This document shows positions 10,401-21,101 of a stretch of DNA of 64,000 bases, in pieces. The stretch covers positions 192,001 to 256,000 of the forward strand of contig CBDESU010000002.1 in the NCBI GenBank assembly GCA_965242695.1, read 5' to 3'. The position numbers were made by a program, and so were the translations under genes. Numbering within the stretch: the stretch's first letter is position 1; each line of letters starts with the position of its first letter. Source of the DNA: Cenarchaeum sp. GTDB lineage: Archaea; Thermoproteota; Nitrososphaeria; Nitrososphaerales; Nitrosopumilaceae. The notes below the pieces were generated by a model. It was not told where the DNA came from. It did no database searches and saw only the letters and a list, made by a program, of their open reading frames with translations.

Positions 10401-10947
10401 AGACATACAGCCCGGCGGGCGCCTGCGCCCCCAGTGCGCCCGCGAGCCGCGGTCGGGACTCCCGTTACATTCGCTGCATGCAGTGAGGGGGCACAAAGGG
10501 CTGCACTTGGCGGCAGCGCCGGGCGTCGGCTCTGCACGGCGGCGCCCCTCGACGCCTCGGGGACAAGCATCCGTACGCCGCTGCAACCAAAGGCCATGTC
10601 GTCTAGCTTCTAGAATCAGATTTTCCATGTGTTGATCGCGAAGGGCATGCATGCGACTACCAAGGAACCGAAGGTTGGGAATCACACGTCTAATCCAGTA
10701 GAAATACGGCGAAAGCCCACCGAAGAGACGGTGCAGCTCCGCCTGCCATCCGCCGGCCGTCCGGCGCCACGGCGCGATCGGCGGCGCAGTCCGCAACGCG
10801 CAGCCCGGCGGCGCGATCGCCCCAAGTGGACACAAAGTACCCGACTGTGAGTGCAAGGCCGTGGGGGCAAGGCACCGCGGGCGGTGCGGCGAACCGCCTC
10901 AATAACCTGCGACCAAGTGCTATATCGCCCACCGGATCGCTGCGGCC

Positions 10948-12087
10948 ATGGCAAGGCAGTCCATGGCGGGGGCAGAGCGGCGCCACAGTGCAGGAGCGTT
11001 GCCCCCGTACCTTCAGCAGCTTGGAGGCTGGGACCAGTGCGCAGAGGCCATAGAGGACATGCTCGGAGGCGATCCGAACAGCCAGATCAGCATGCTCCTG
11101 CTCGTATCGGATGAGGACGTCATCAAGGCAATCCAGAGAGCGGCGCCCAAGATAGGGATCGCGAGGAGTGCCGGCGCCGCGCCGAAGACGGCGGTTTCGC
11201 TGTCGGTCAGAGGGAGCTCGAAGGCCAGGCCGGGACGCCTCCTCGTGCTGCAAACCGGCGTCCCCATGGTCTACCTGGCAATCACGCACGAGAGGCCCGC
11301 CTTCGTCCGCGCCATGCAGTCCGTCCTCGAAGAGGTGTGCCCACGCGCCTTCGTCCCGCGCTTCAGCTCAGGCGAGATGCGGTCCGTGCTAGAGCTGCTC
11401 GAGTCAGAGACCGGCCTGATGCTGACGGCGATGCGCATCACGTCCCACAGCCGGGCCGGCAAAAAGGCGACATGCCGGCGAAGCGAGAAAAAAGTGAGGG
11501 CGGGCGGCGGCCGCAGCGGGTCCGAAATCATCCACGTCGGCGTTCCCTACGGGGGCGCGATCGAGTCGTCGCTAGAAAACGGCCAGTGGATCGGCGATGC
11601 CCAGTTCATCCTCTTGGAGGGCGGCGACGTTCGCTTGGAGGGGTACTTTTCTCGGGGAGGCCTGTTCAAGTTCCGCCATTCGTTCCTAGTTTTCAAGAGG
11701 CACGTCCTGCCGCACATACTCGACATGGCCAGGAGAAGGTTCGAGCTCTACTCAAACCGCTCAAGGGAGGACAACGGCGGCGACGACGCCTCGCCGCTAG
11801 TCATAAAGCTCCAGACGGACACGTTCGACGACCCCGAGCAGAGCCGCAGGTTCATCGAGGCCGTACAGGGAATGAAGCACGCCTCGGGCAGCGTCTACCG
11901 CGCCAGCCCCTACGTGAACATGTCGGTCGTCGACCTCGAGGACGGGTCTGCGTTCAAGATATGGATCATGTCGCCGGACGAGATCACGATCGTCCCCCAG
12001 GCGAGGGCCACCCAGGCGTCGTTTTCCCGACTGATCAGCCACATCTTTGAAAGGTTCCAAGAGGGCGACGTCCGTGAGTACGAGTAG
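10948..12087 (+). CDS. Component A paralog (GC-richer tandem copy of 12690-13823)
   Basis: Colinear full-length similarity to 12690 (MARQSM, QISxxLL, LESETGL, EGYxSRGGLFKFRHSFL, YSNRSREDN, ITIVPQ, HIFExFQEGDV). TATA-like CTATAT at ~10920. Confidence 0.8.
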   Translation: MARQSMAGAERRHSAGALPPYLQQLGGWDQCAEAIEDMLGGDPNSQISMLLLVSDEDVIKAIQRAAPKIGIARSAGAAPKTAVSLSVRGSSKARPGRLLVLQTGVPMVYLAITHERPAFVRAMQSVLEEVCPRAFVPRFSSGEMRSVLELLESETGLMLTAMRITSHSRAGKKATCRRSEKKVRAGGGRSGSEIIHVGVPYGGAIESSLENGQWIGDAQFILLEGGDVRLEGYFSRGGLFKFRHSFLVFKRHVLPHILDMARRRFELYSNRSREDNGGDDASPLVIKLQTDTFDDPEQSRRFIEAVQGMKHASGSVYRASPYVNMSVVDLEDGSAFKIWIMSPDEITIVPQARATQASFSRLISHIFERFQEGDVREYE

Positions 12088-12570
12088 CGCGCGGCAGAGG
12101 ATGCGATCCTGGACGACATAGACAGCTACACGCAGACCCAGGAATCCATGTGCGCGTTCGCTCGGGTGCTGGAAAAGCACTACGGCGCAGAGTCGAGAAT
12201 CGCCCCCGCGATGCGCCCGGGCCGCCGCGGCGGGAGCCTGGCGGGCGGCGCCGTCACGCCCGACATACTGTCACAGGGAAGGGGCATCGATCTTGTCATC
12301 GAAGTCAAGCGATCGCTGCCAGGCGGCGGGGCCGGCAGGGCCGCCGCCCTTGGCCAGCTTGGAAGGTACGACGACGATCTTGACGGCTGGAGGCGCAGTC
12401 CCCCGACGCACGACATAGTGCCGATGACGCACATGTCCAAGAGCGCCCAGTGGGCAGACTTTCTCAAGGACGCGCTGAAAAGGAAAAAGGCCTCGTTCAA
12501 CAGGAAGGTCTCCATCGTCGAATGCGTGCGCGACTCGGAGCGCGCCACCTACATGATCTTGAAGGGCAGC
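12074..12570 (+). pseudogene. Truncated copy of the PD-(D/E)xK nuclease at 13804
   Basis: VTPDILSQGRGIDLVIEVKRSLP...QLGRYDDD aligns with 13804. Frameshift near the start, and homology stops at about YMILK (~12565), so the C-terminal half is missing. Confidence 0.75.
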
Positions 12571-12689
12571 ATGCGGCGGCAACGCCTAGCGCCGGCTCCG
12601 TGCGGCGCGCCCCTCTCGGCGCCCCAGGCACAAGCGTCCGTGCGACGCCAACGGCCAAGGGTTATAACATCTACCGTGCCGAAGTGGGC

Positions 12690-13823
12690 ATGGCAAGGCA
12701 ATCCATGACGACGGAGGATCAACCCGGCTCGGAGGTGCAGCCGCGATACCTGCGGTCGCTAGGAGGCCCAGGGCAGTGTGCCAGAGCTTTGGAAGACATG
12801 CTCAACGGCGATTCCAGCAGCCAGATCAGTATATTCCTGCTCGCAGCGGACGGGGACATCGTCAAGACGATTCAGAGGGCTGGACCCGGAGTAAAAATCG
12901 AGAAAGAAGGCAGGGCGGGACAGAGCACAGCGGTCGCCCTGAGGATAGAAGGGAGTTCCGAAGACAGGTCGGGTCGGCTGCTTGTCGTGCAGACCGACAT
13001 TCCCCAGATTTACCTTGCAGTCACCCATGGAAAGCCCCTCTTCGTCAACACCCTCCCATCGGTACTTGAAAAAATGCATCCATATGCCTATGTGCCGCAC
13101 TTCACCTCCAGTGAAATACTGGGCATGCTTGGGATGCTCGAATCAGAGACCGGACTCACGCTGACGACAAAGCGGATCACTGGACACAGACGAATTGGCA
13201 AAAAAATGACACATGTGAGAAAGTCGAAAAAGCTGAAGTCGAGTGCAGACCACAGAGAATCCGCGATCACGTATACCGGCGTCCCCTACAGAGAGTCGAT
13301 CAGATTGGCGCTAGAGAATGGCCAGTGGATCGACAAGGCACAATTTGTCCTGGCGGAGGGCAGCGACGTGCTCCTAGAGGGATACCTTTCGCGCGGCGGG
13401 CTGTTCAAATTCCGGCATTCGTTCCTGGCTTTCAAGGAGCGTGTTCTGCCGCACGTCCTCAGTCTGGCCATGAACAAGTTCAACCTCTATTCAAATCGCT
13501 CAAGAGAGGATAACGATGGCGAAGTTTCGCCGCTAGTCATAAAGCTCGAAACAGACACCTTCGATGACCGCAAACAGAACCGCAGGTTTATCGATGCCAT
13601 CCAGAGCATGAAATACACTTCAGCCTGCACCTACCATGCAAATCCCTACATAAACATGTCTCTCGTCGACCACATGGACGGATCGTCGTTCGAGATATGG
13701 GTGATGTCATCAGACAAAATCACGATCGTGCCTCAGCTGAGGACAACCCAGGCATCGCTATCTCGCCTGATTGCACACATTTTTGAAAAGTTTCAAGAGG
13801 GGGATGTTGTCGAGTACAAATGA
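12690..13823 (+). CDS. Hypothetical 377-aa protein, component A of the two-gene nuclease module
   Basis: ATG 12690 follows TTATAA at 12662. Lower GC. Homologous to 10948 and 45667. Confidence 0.85.
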   Translation: MARQSMTTEDQPGSEVQPRYLRSLGGPGQCARALEDMLNGDSSSQISIFLLAADGDIVKTIQRAGPGVKIEKEGRAGQSTAVALRIEGSSEDRSGRLLVVQTDIPQIYLAVTHGKPLFVNTLPSVLEKMHPYAYVPHFTSSEILGMLGMLESETGLTLTTKRITGHRRIGKKMTHVRKSKKLKSSADHRESAITYTGVPYRESIRLALENGQWIDKAQFVLAEGSDVLLEGYLSRGGLFKFRHSFLAFKERVLPHVLSLAMNKFNLYSNRSREDNDGEVSPLVIKLETDTFDDRKQNRRFIDAIQSMKYTSACTYHANPYINMSLVDHMDGSSFEIWVMSSDKITIVPQLRTTQASLSRLIAHIFEKFQEGDVVEYK

Positions 13824-14796
13824 AAGCCGGACGGCCGAAGACAGGACGCTAGACAGCATAGACAACTACAAGACGACCCTAGGAGCCATGTGTGCGCTTG
13901 CGCACGTACTAGAAAGGCACTACGGGGCAGAATCACGCATTGCGCCCGTAATGCACCCCAGCCCCCGTAACAGGATCCAGGCGACCGACCCCGTTACACC
14001 AGACATGGTATCGGAAGGAAAGGATGTCGATCTCGTTGTCGAAGTCAAGCGGTCGCTGCCAAATAACAAAAGCGGCCAAATCGACGCTCTCAACCAGATT
14101 AGAAAATACGATGACGATTTCGCCGGCTGGAAGCGCAATACTACAGCACACGATATAATGTTGATGGTGCACACATCCAAGAGCTCCCGGTGGGTCGTCT
14201 TTCTTGGCAAGAAACAAAGCGAAAAAAAGGCCTCGTTTGATAGAAAAGTAACAATTGTAGAGTACATGCGAAGTTCTGAGCGCGAAACCTATTTTCAATT
14301 GAAGAGGGTATGGGGCAAGACAAGCAACGCCGTGCTAAATCGGCACCTATACAATGGCATAATAGTAAAATCCGAACAGATCATAAAAATGATCAGCGTT
14401 GCCAAGTTTTGCGACAGCAAGCCAGATATAGCATATACCATGAGCATCCTCTGGAATTATATTTTTTCATCACTGATCGCTAAAGATAAACATTTGAGCA
14501 CCAAGGGGCGGAAAGCGGTAGATCATATGTTTGATCTGAAAGAAATAATGGACAAACTCAGAGATGCAGAAGGCCCGTTCTCCTATCCGCCAAAGCAAGC
14601 GTGGATTAGCGAAGCACTAAACGCGTTTGTCATATTGAAAATGGCTGAAAGGCACTCTGGAGATCGCTTTTTGGTGCACTACAAGTCCATCCGCGGCGAC
14701 TTGGTGGAGTTTTTTGTTAAAAAGCTTGCAAAATCCGCCGTGCGCAAGAGGCAGGATCGCAATAAGCAGGATCGGATGGGAGATATTCGAGACTAA
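13804..14796 (+). CDS. PD-(D/E)xK nuclease with probable C-terminal winged helix (component B)
   Basis: VTPDMV...VVEVKRS...QIRKY matches PD-ExK plus QxxxY. C-terminal helix pattern (WISEALNAFVILKMAER..GDRF). Overlaps component A by 20 nt. Confidence 0.8.
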   Translation: MLSSTNESRTAEDRTLDSIDNYKTTLGAMCALAHVLERHYGAESRIAPVMHPSPRNRIQATDPVTPDMVSEGKDVDLVVEVKRSLPNNKSGQIDALNQIRKYDDDFAGWKRNTTAHDIMLMVHTSKSSRWVVFLGKKQSEKKASFDRKVTIVEYMRSSERETYFQLKRVWGKTSNAVLNRHLYNGIIVKSEQIIKMISVAKFCDSKPDIAYTMSILWNYIFSSLIAKDKHLSTKGRKAVDHMFDLKEIMDKLRDAEGPFSYPPKQAWISEALNAFVILKMAERHSGDRFLVHYKSIRGDLVEFFVKKLAKSAVRKRQDRNKQDRMGDIRD

Positions 14797-15104
14797 TTCC
14801 AAAAAGACAAATCAAGCAGGAAACCCACGACGTAAGCGCATTCAGACCAGTGCCACAATCCATGCGGCAAAAATCCTCCCCTGCCGTCCTGTGCACTGCC
14901 TAACGGCAGCCGCAGATCAGTCCCGCGGCGGATAAAAGCCGTGTCAGCCGGCGAGTGTCGTCCGGCACAGCACATACGGCCTGCCACAGGTTACGGCGTA
15001 TCTGTACATACCATTCCGCGGTCGTAGCGGCAACCCAGAGCATGCGAGTCGTGGGTCATAGCTTCCACCCTGCTAGGGCCACGTCGTTAAACAGGCAGGC
15101 TTCC

Positions 15105-16040
15105 CTACTCCAGGTCCAAATACACCGGCGCCCCGTTCCGGCTCGAGAGCAGGGCCGCCTCGGCCACGCGCGTGACGCGCACGGCGTCGGCAGGGGCCAC
15201 GAGCGGGGCAGGGCCGCCCTCGGCGGCGGCGATGAACGCCTCGATCTCGGCGAGCAGCGGCTCGGACCACGCCGCCCTCGGCGAGCGCGTCTCCTCGCCC
15301 GTCTCTATCCGCACGGTCTGCGCGATAAAGTCGCCCGAGACGACGGCCCCCGTAAACACGGCGCTGAACGTGCGCGACCTAGTCGGCGTCACCCAGTTCG
15401 ACGATATGACGGCGGCCCTGTCCCCGCCGAACCCGAGCATTATGGTCGCAAAGTCCTCGTGCTCGTGCCGTATGCTGCCGGCCCTCGCGAAGACGACCTC
15501 GGGTGCCGCGCCGAACAGCCACATGGCCGTGTCGATGTCGTGCACGGCCGTGTCGTATATGACGCCGACATCGCGTATGTGCGGCGGCATCCGCCCCTCC
15601 CTGTGGAACTCGGCCATTACCAGGCCGCCGTGCTCGCCCGATGCGACCATCCCGCGCACCGACGACACGCACGGGTTGTACCGCTCGATGTACCCGCACG
15701 TGAGCACGACCGAGCGGCGGGCGGCCATTGCCGCCAGCGCCTCGCCGTCGCCGGGGTCGTACGTCATCGGCTTCTCGACCATCACGTGCTTGCCGGCGCC
15801 GATCAGCTCGGACGCGACCTCTACGTGCGTCGACGTCGGGGTGCACACGATGGCCGCCCCGAACCGCTCGGCAGACAGGGCGTCCGAGACGGACATATAG
15901 TGCGGGACGCCGTGGCGCCTGCCGTACTCGGCGGCCCTCTCCTCGTCGGCGTCGCACACGGCCGCCAGCGCCCCCTTTTGCGCGAGTATCCTGGCGTGGT
16001 TGTGGCCCCAGCCGCCCGTGCCGACCTGGAGGACCCTCAC
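15105..16040 (-). CDS. Gfo/Idh/MocA oxidoreductase (WbpB/WlbA-like nucleotide-sugar 3-dehydrogenase)
   Basis: VGTGGWG.NH, CTPTSTH, HVMVEKPM, GYIERYNP and D.GVIYDTAVHDID motifs. Confidence 0.9.
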   Translation of the reverse strand: MRVLQVGTGGWGHNHARILAQKGALAAVCDADEERAAEYGRRHGVPHYMSVSDALSAERFGAAIVCTPTSTHVEVASELIGAGKHVMVEKPMTYDPGDGEALAAMAARRSVVLTCGYIERYNPCVSSVRGMVASGEHGGLVMAEFHREGRMPPHIRDVGVIYDTAVHDIDTAMWLFGAAPEVVFARAGSIRHEHEDFATIMLGFGGDRAAVISSNWVTPTRSRTFSAVFTGAVVSGDFIAQTVRIETGEETRSPRAAWSEPLLAEIEAFIAAAEGGPAPLVAPADAVRVTRVAEAALLSSRNGAPVYLDLE

Positions 16041-16068
16041 CGTTCACCGCCCCCGGCGCGGCGCGTGC

Positions 16069-16620
16069 CTAGCACGCGATCAACTCCTCGCACGACGGGA
16101 GGCAGTCCGCAAAATGAACCCTACTGGCCCATCCAAGCCCCGTCACCATGTCGCGCATGCGGGAGCTCGCATCCCTGTCCCTGCTTGCGAATATGATTTG
16201 ACGGTCGGACCATGCGCGGGTGCGCCCTACGGCCGACAAGAGGGCAAAGAACGGCCTGTCGAAGCGGTCGCCCTTCCATCGGCCTGCATCCGCGTCGTCC
16301 GTTTTTACCGGCTGCACCGCGAAGAGAAGCCGTCGGGGGCGGCTGACTGCCCTAGTAATCTTTATCCTTCGCAAGCTGTGCCAGTAGGAGCTGGGGGCGG
16401 CCAGGCCGGCCCGGCCGAGTCGGGCCCCATAGTCGCGGTACACCCCCGCCGAGACGAACACGGTGATGGATCTGCCGCGCGGGGGCGGGTTGATCCTGCC
16501 CACGACGCCGGCGGCCCACTCGAACATAGCGTCATGCAGTGTCTTCTCGGGGCGGTCGGACAGGACATCAAGGACGATGCCCGTGTCCATGATCAGCCCC
16601 AAGCTGTGGCTAGGGAGCAT
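16069..16620 (-). CDS. PIN-like protein
   Basis: LIMDTGIVLDVL near the N-terminus, D.FDRPFFAL and IIFASRDRD: the acidic PIN pattern. Start overlaps the ATPase stop by 11 nt. Confidence 0.55.
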   Translation of the reverse strand: MLPSHSLGLIMDTGIVLDVLSDRPEKTLHDAMFEWAAGVVGRINPPPRGRSITVFVSAGVYRDYGARLGRAGLAAPSSYWHSLRRIKITRAVSRPRRLLFAVQPVKTDDADAGRWKGDRFDRPFFALLSAVGRTRAWSDRQIIFASRDRDASSRMRDMVTGLGWASRVHFADCLPSCEELIAC

Positions 16621-17698
16621 TTGGCACCACACTCCCGTACGCCAAGGCGTCGATCGCCTCGTCGAACAGCTCTTGCTCAGCCTCGCCGGCCCCGTTGACG
16701 CGTATTCTTTCGACGTCCGTGTACGATCCCCGCCTGCGCCGAAAGTAGTACATGCCAAGGTCCTCGGGCCCCACGGCGCCGCTGCCGACCAGCCCCAAAA
16801 CCGCATGCGCCACAAAGGGGCTGTGCGTCGTGACCACCATGTTGATGCCGCGCGCCGATGCGGCCTTGACCATTTCGCCGACGAGCTTTATCTGCCTTAT
16901 CGGCTCTATATGCTCCTCGGGATCCTCGACGACGAGCATCCCGGCCGGATCGAGGTGGTTCAGGGCCACCATGATTGGGAATGCGGACGCGACGCCAGAT
17001 GCGGCCGAGCCGATCCCGGCCTCGAAGCCGAGCGGGTCGGCGTAGGCATTCGCCCGGATGCCGGGCGCGCCGGGCGCCTTGATCGAGCCTCGAAACACCC
17101 TCGAGAACATCTCCTGCGCCCGCCCGTCGAGCCCGCCAGAGAGCGCCTCGAGTGCAATGCGGCAGAACTGCGCGAGGTGCCCGGGCATCCGGTGGCAGAC
17201 ATCGAGCGGCGCGGGGGCTTCGAGGCGCAGGGCCGAACTTGAGGGGCCGCCCCCTGCCGGCACCAGTGCGAGGAGCGACTGGATCATCGCCGCCCTCCCG
17301 GCGGGGACGTACACGCTGCGCTCGCCGGCGCCGTCCGCCCCGGCCTCGGCCGGCGCCGGCGGCACGGGCCGCATCCCGCCCTGCGGTCCGCCCCGTCCAA
17401 AGTCGAGCACCGCGCCGCCTCCGGAGCCGGCGCCCACCAGCTCGATGCGGCCCGACGGCATCGAGTGTGTGACCGCATCGGATCCCTCTATTCCGGCGCC
17501 CCGGAGCACGGCGCCGGCGAGCGCGCCGGCGCCGGCGCCGTCGGGGAGGAGTCCGAGCCGGCGGGCCGCGTGCAGGAGCCGCGCCGCGATGGACTTGCCC
17601 GAGCAGTTCGGGCCGACGAACACGGTCAGCCTGTGATCCCCGATCGCCGCGCGCCTTATCGGCCCTATGTTTTCAAGCCGGGCCTCGCTGAACATCAT
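16610..17698 (-). CDS. ABC-type/AAA_21 ATPase
   Basis: LENIGPI, Walker A GPNCSGKS, signature SAASG, Walker B VVEDPEEH and TTHS. Confidence 0.85.
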   Translation of the reverse strand: MMFSEARLENIGPIRRAAIGDHRLTVFVGPNCSGKSIAARLLHAARRLGLLPDGAGAGALAGAVLRGAGIEGSDAVTHSMPSGRIELVGAGSGGGAVLDFGRGGPQGGMRPVPPAPAEAGADGAGERSVYVPAGRAAMIQSLLALVPAGGGPSSSALRLEAPAPLDVCHRMPGHLAQFCRIALEALSGGLDGRAQEMFSRVFRGSIKAPGAPGIRANAYADPLGFEAGIGSAASGVASAFPIMVALNHLDPAGMLVVEDPEEHIEPIRQIKLVGEMVKAASARGINMVVTTHSPFVAHAVLGLVGSGAVGPEDLGMYYFRRRRGSYTDVERIRVNGAGEAEQELFDEAIDALAYGSVVPNAP

Positions 17699-18451
17699 GC
17701 CCGCCGCGCGCCCTGCGCCGCCCATATTAGGCGTTTCCATGGAGGCTGCCGAGCGCGTTGCATGCGCCGCCCGCCGCCGCGGCCCTGCGTCGCGCCGCAT
17801 TCCAGCCGCGCCCCTCCGCGGCAGCGCATCGCGGGCGGACGGCCCGCGGCGCGCCGCCGCGCCGTCCCGCCATGCCGATCACGATCCCCGCCGCACATGC
17901 ATCGCCCGCCGCCACAGACGCCGAGCACACGCAGGACAATCTCCGCCCTAGCCGGCTGCGCGCCAAGGCCCTGCTTGACAAGTGCGAGATCGAGGCAGTG
18001 CGGCGGCGGGCCTGCCTCTTCCGCCAGCGGACCGCGGCTGGCGTCCGTGGGAGGGCCGCCCGCGCGCCAGCGGCGCCTCTGCAAACCCCGCATCACACCG
18101 GCAGGCGGCCTTCGGCCGCCGCGTTCCGCAGCAACCCGCGCAGGCTTGGCCGCAGGCCTGCGCCCGTCCCAGATCCCCCAATCCCGATGCAGGGAGCCCG
18201 CGCAGGCGGGCTGCAGCCCCGCGCCGCAGGCGCCAAGAGGGGGCGAAGGGCGGCCTCGTAGCGGCCCGTTGCAACCAATATAGCCCAGTGCATGCGTGCG
18301 GCGACATGGAGGCGGGCGCAATTCCACCGCATGCCGCAGGCATGCACGCCCGCGCGCTCGCACTGTGCCGCGCCGTCGCCCCCGGCCCGCAGGCACGGGC
18401 GCACCCCGCCCACTTCCCGCTTAGGCCCGCGCGCGCCGGAGGCCCGCGCCG

Positions 18452-18720
18452 TTGACCCTCCTCATGGCCTCGCAGGCGGACGACGGCGCCGCGGCCGTCT
18501 CCGACCGCAAGGAAGGCCGCCCCGACAAGGAGGTCACAAAATGCCACATGGTCGATAGCGGCCGGTTCTACATCGCCCTTGCCGGCGACGGGAGGGCCGC
18601 AAGAGGGCGGCTCCGGAGAGTCGCGGAGGGCAGGACGGTCCAGGCCACCGTCATAGAAAAAAGGATATGTGATCTTGCCGCGTCCATCTACGACCAAGGC
18701 AGGCGCATGTCAAAGTCGAT
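18452..18720 (+). pseudogene. Possible Ntn-hydrolase (proteasome-beta-like) N-terminal remnant
   Basis: (M)TLLMASQADDGAAAVSDRK...VTK...YIALAGD resembles the Thr1-type Ntn start; the sequence degenerates after ~18720. Confidence 0.3.
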
Positions 18721-18877
18721 GGGCGCAAGGCGTGCGGGTTCGGCCTTGTGGTCTTCGGGCGGGGCGGGGCAGAGCTGCACGAGCGATGCACTGCCGAGAT
18801 GGGCACGCTGGAGATACTCTTCCGCATCGGCCCGGCAGCCGGGCAGGCCGGCACAGGCAAGGAATGGGGGCAGGCGC

Positions 18878-20278
18878 ATGGATGACCGCATCGCGGACCG
18901 CATCAAGGCCCTGGCCGGCGAAAAGGATCCGCGCTACTTTGCAGAGAACTCCCTTGGCGACCTGCTCGGGGAGGCCGGAATCGGGCGGGATGCGGCCGAT
19001 ATCGGCGAGGCGACCCGAATGCTTGCCGAATGCGACGTGTATGCGTTTGTCGGGGCCGTATCGAGCGGCCTGCGGGAGACGGCCACCGACTGCGGCGAGT
19101 TCGCCAGGCTGGTCAGCTGCATAGCCGACAAGGTCCGGTACGACCTGGCGCAGGGCCCCGTCGTTCGTGCGCTCATCAAGATCGGCAAGGCCGATCCGCG
19201 CACCGGCGCGGCCCTTGCGTCGCGCCTCGTCGGACTCGGCGATGCGGACTATGCGGCCTTTCTGGCCGGCGGGGCCCGGGCGGGGGCCCCGCGCGAGTGC
19301 GACGATCTCGCCGAATCCCTCCTGTCGTCCGACGATCCCCAGCACGTTGCGGCAGGCCTGCGCCTGCTGCGCGTGGCCCGCGCGGAGCACGGAGAGCCGG
19401 GGGCGGATGCCGTGCTCGACGCGGTCCAGGCGGCGCTCCGCCGCGCCGGCGGCGACGAGCGCGTCGACTGCGAAGCCATCGATTCCCTCCTAGTCGCCTA
19501 CGGCGAGAGCCCGGAAAGGACGGGCCCCATGATCGAGGACCTGGCGCTGAGGCGGCCGGCCTGCCGGCCCGTCCTGACGAGCCGCATCGCCGGCCGGTCG
19601 CCGTTTGGCGGCGACGTGGGCCTGCGCTACCTCGACATATGCGCCAGCGGCCTTGACGAGAAGAGCGCGGACGGCGACGTTCACGACGTCTGCCGCGCCC
19701 TTGCCGGGCTGGCCGGCAGGCAGCCCGAGGGGGTCGCCAGGTCAATCCTCGCCATGGCGGGGAGCGGGGCGTACGCCGACAGGCACGGCGGCCGAGTGCT
19801 GGAGGAGCTGGGCCGCGCGCACGCGTCGGCCGCGTCCGGGGCCATTCTGAAGGTGCTGAGCGGGCCTCACGGGCCGGCGGTGAGCCGCCACCTGCCGTCC
19901 ATGATGCGGCGCCTGGGCACGCACGCGGACATGCGGGAGGCGGCTGGGCCGTTTCTTGGCGCGCTCGACTCGGTGCCCGCGGCTGCACGCCACTGCCTGA
20001 CGGCCCTCTATGCGCTGGCAGTGTGCAACCATCTTGGAAGGCGGGGCGGCGGCGCGGCGGCGGCAATTCTTGGCCGCCTGCGGGATCATGCCGCCAACGC
20101 AGGAGTCCCAGTGCAGGCACGGTACGCATCCGCGGTGGATCCCTGCGCAGAGCTGTGCAGCCTGATCGACGACCTGCGGCGCCCAGGCGCTGCGGCAAGG
20201 AGTGACATGGAGGCTGCCACAGGGTACGTCTTCTTCAAGCTACCATGCGTAAGCACTTCCCGAGCAAGAGCGGCATAG
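18878..20278 (+). CDS. Hypothetical alpha-helical (HEAT/ARM-like) protein
   Basis: Long ORF with amphipathic helical periodicity and realistic composition from MDDRIADRIK; no catalytic motif seen. Confidence 0.6.
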   Translation: MDDRIADRIKALAGEKDPRYFAENSLGDLLGEAGIGRDAADIGEATRMLAECDVYAFVGAVSSGLRETATDCGEFARLVSCIADKVRYDLAQGPVVRALIKIGKADPRTGAALASRLVGLGDADYAAFLAGGARAGAPRECDDLAESLLSSDDPQHVAAGLRLLRVARAEHGEPGADAVLDAVQAALRRAGGDERVDCEAIDSLLVAYGESPERTGPMIEDLALRRPACRPVLTSRIAGRSPFGGDVGLRYLDICASGLDEKSADGDVHDVCRALAGLAGRQPEGVARSILAMAGSGAYADRHGGRVLEELGRAHASAASGAILKVLSGPHGPAVSRHLPSMMRRLGTHADMREAAGPFLGALDSVPAAARHCLTALYALAVCNHLGRRGGGAAAAILGRLRDHAANAGVPVQARYASAVDPCAELCSLIDDLRRPGAAARSDMEAATGYVFFKLPCVSTSRARAA

Positions 20279-20416
20279 CAAGGGTCGACAGGCGGCCAAT
20301 CCGACCCTGCGGCCGCATCCGTACCGCTAGTGACTAGGTGCGCCCTCGCCTTGCCCCGGAACGGCGGATCGCCTGGCAGCCTAGTCATCTTTCAGCCGAA
20401 GATGGGATCTACGCCA

Positions 20417-20945
20417 TGATCGATGCCACCCCGGCTCCCGTATCTGAGGGATCTGTACTTGCCGCCTTTGATCTGATCGGCGTATGGGCGCTGCCGGACT
20501 CGGCCGCCCTGCATTCCGGCAGGCTCTCGTACGATAAAAACGACATGATACTCACCATTATGGAGCTTGCCAATATCTAGACCGCCTTCCAGAAAATTCC
20601 AGACCGGGCTTCTGAGAAGGCAGACACCATACGCGGGGTTATAGAAACGGGCGAACATGTGCTCCTTGACAGGTGCTTTGGCTTCAAGAGCCAGTTCATG
20701 ATGAACCAATCAGAGCCATGGGCAGACCACGAAGGCAATAAAATTCCAGGAGGCGTCTACACCGTAAGAAGGGCAACGTACAGGGCAAAAGCCATGTACG
20801 TGTCAAAGGCGCCCGTACCCGACAGGCCAGCGTCTGCCATGGTGTCCGTCTCGTACACCAGCCTGTTCACATGGCTGAACAACTATGCCATAAACACAAA
20901 CATCAACAAGGAGTCCGCGCCGATCACGTTTGTGACCCAAGGCGG
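20417..20945 (+). pseudogene. ApeA-like N-terminal domain fragment
   Basis: GVWALP....SGRLSYD...LTI, in-frame TAG at 20578, then IRGVIETGEHVLLDRCF, YRAKAMYV and VSYTSLFTWL. Truncated before any HEPN domain. Confidence 0.55.
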
Positions 20946-21101
20946 CGCGGCGCCTAAACGGCGGTTCCGAGGTCCGGCGCCGGCTCCATCCACCTGGGAG
21001 TGCGCGCCAAGGGCAGTGTCCAACAAGGATAGGCACGATACTAGGGCAGATGCGCAGTCAAAACGCCCACCCTTCCTCCTAAACATGGCCAGCGTGCTGC
21101 G

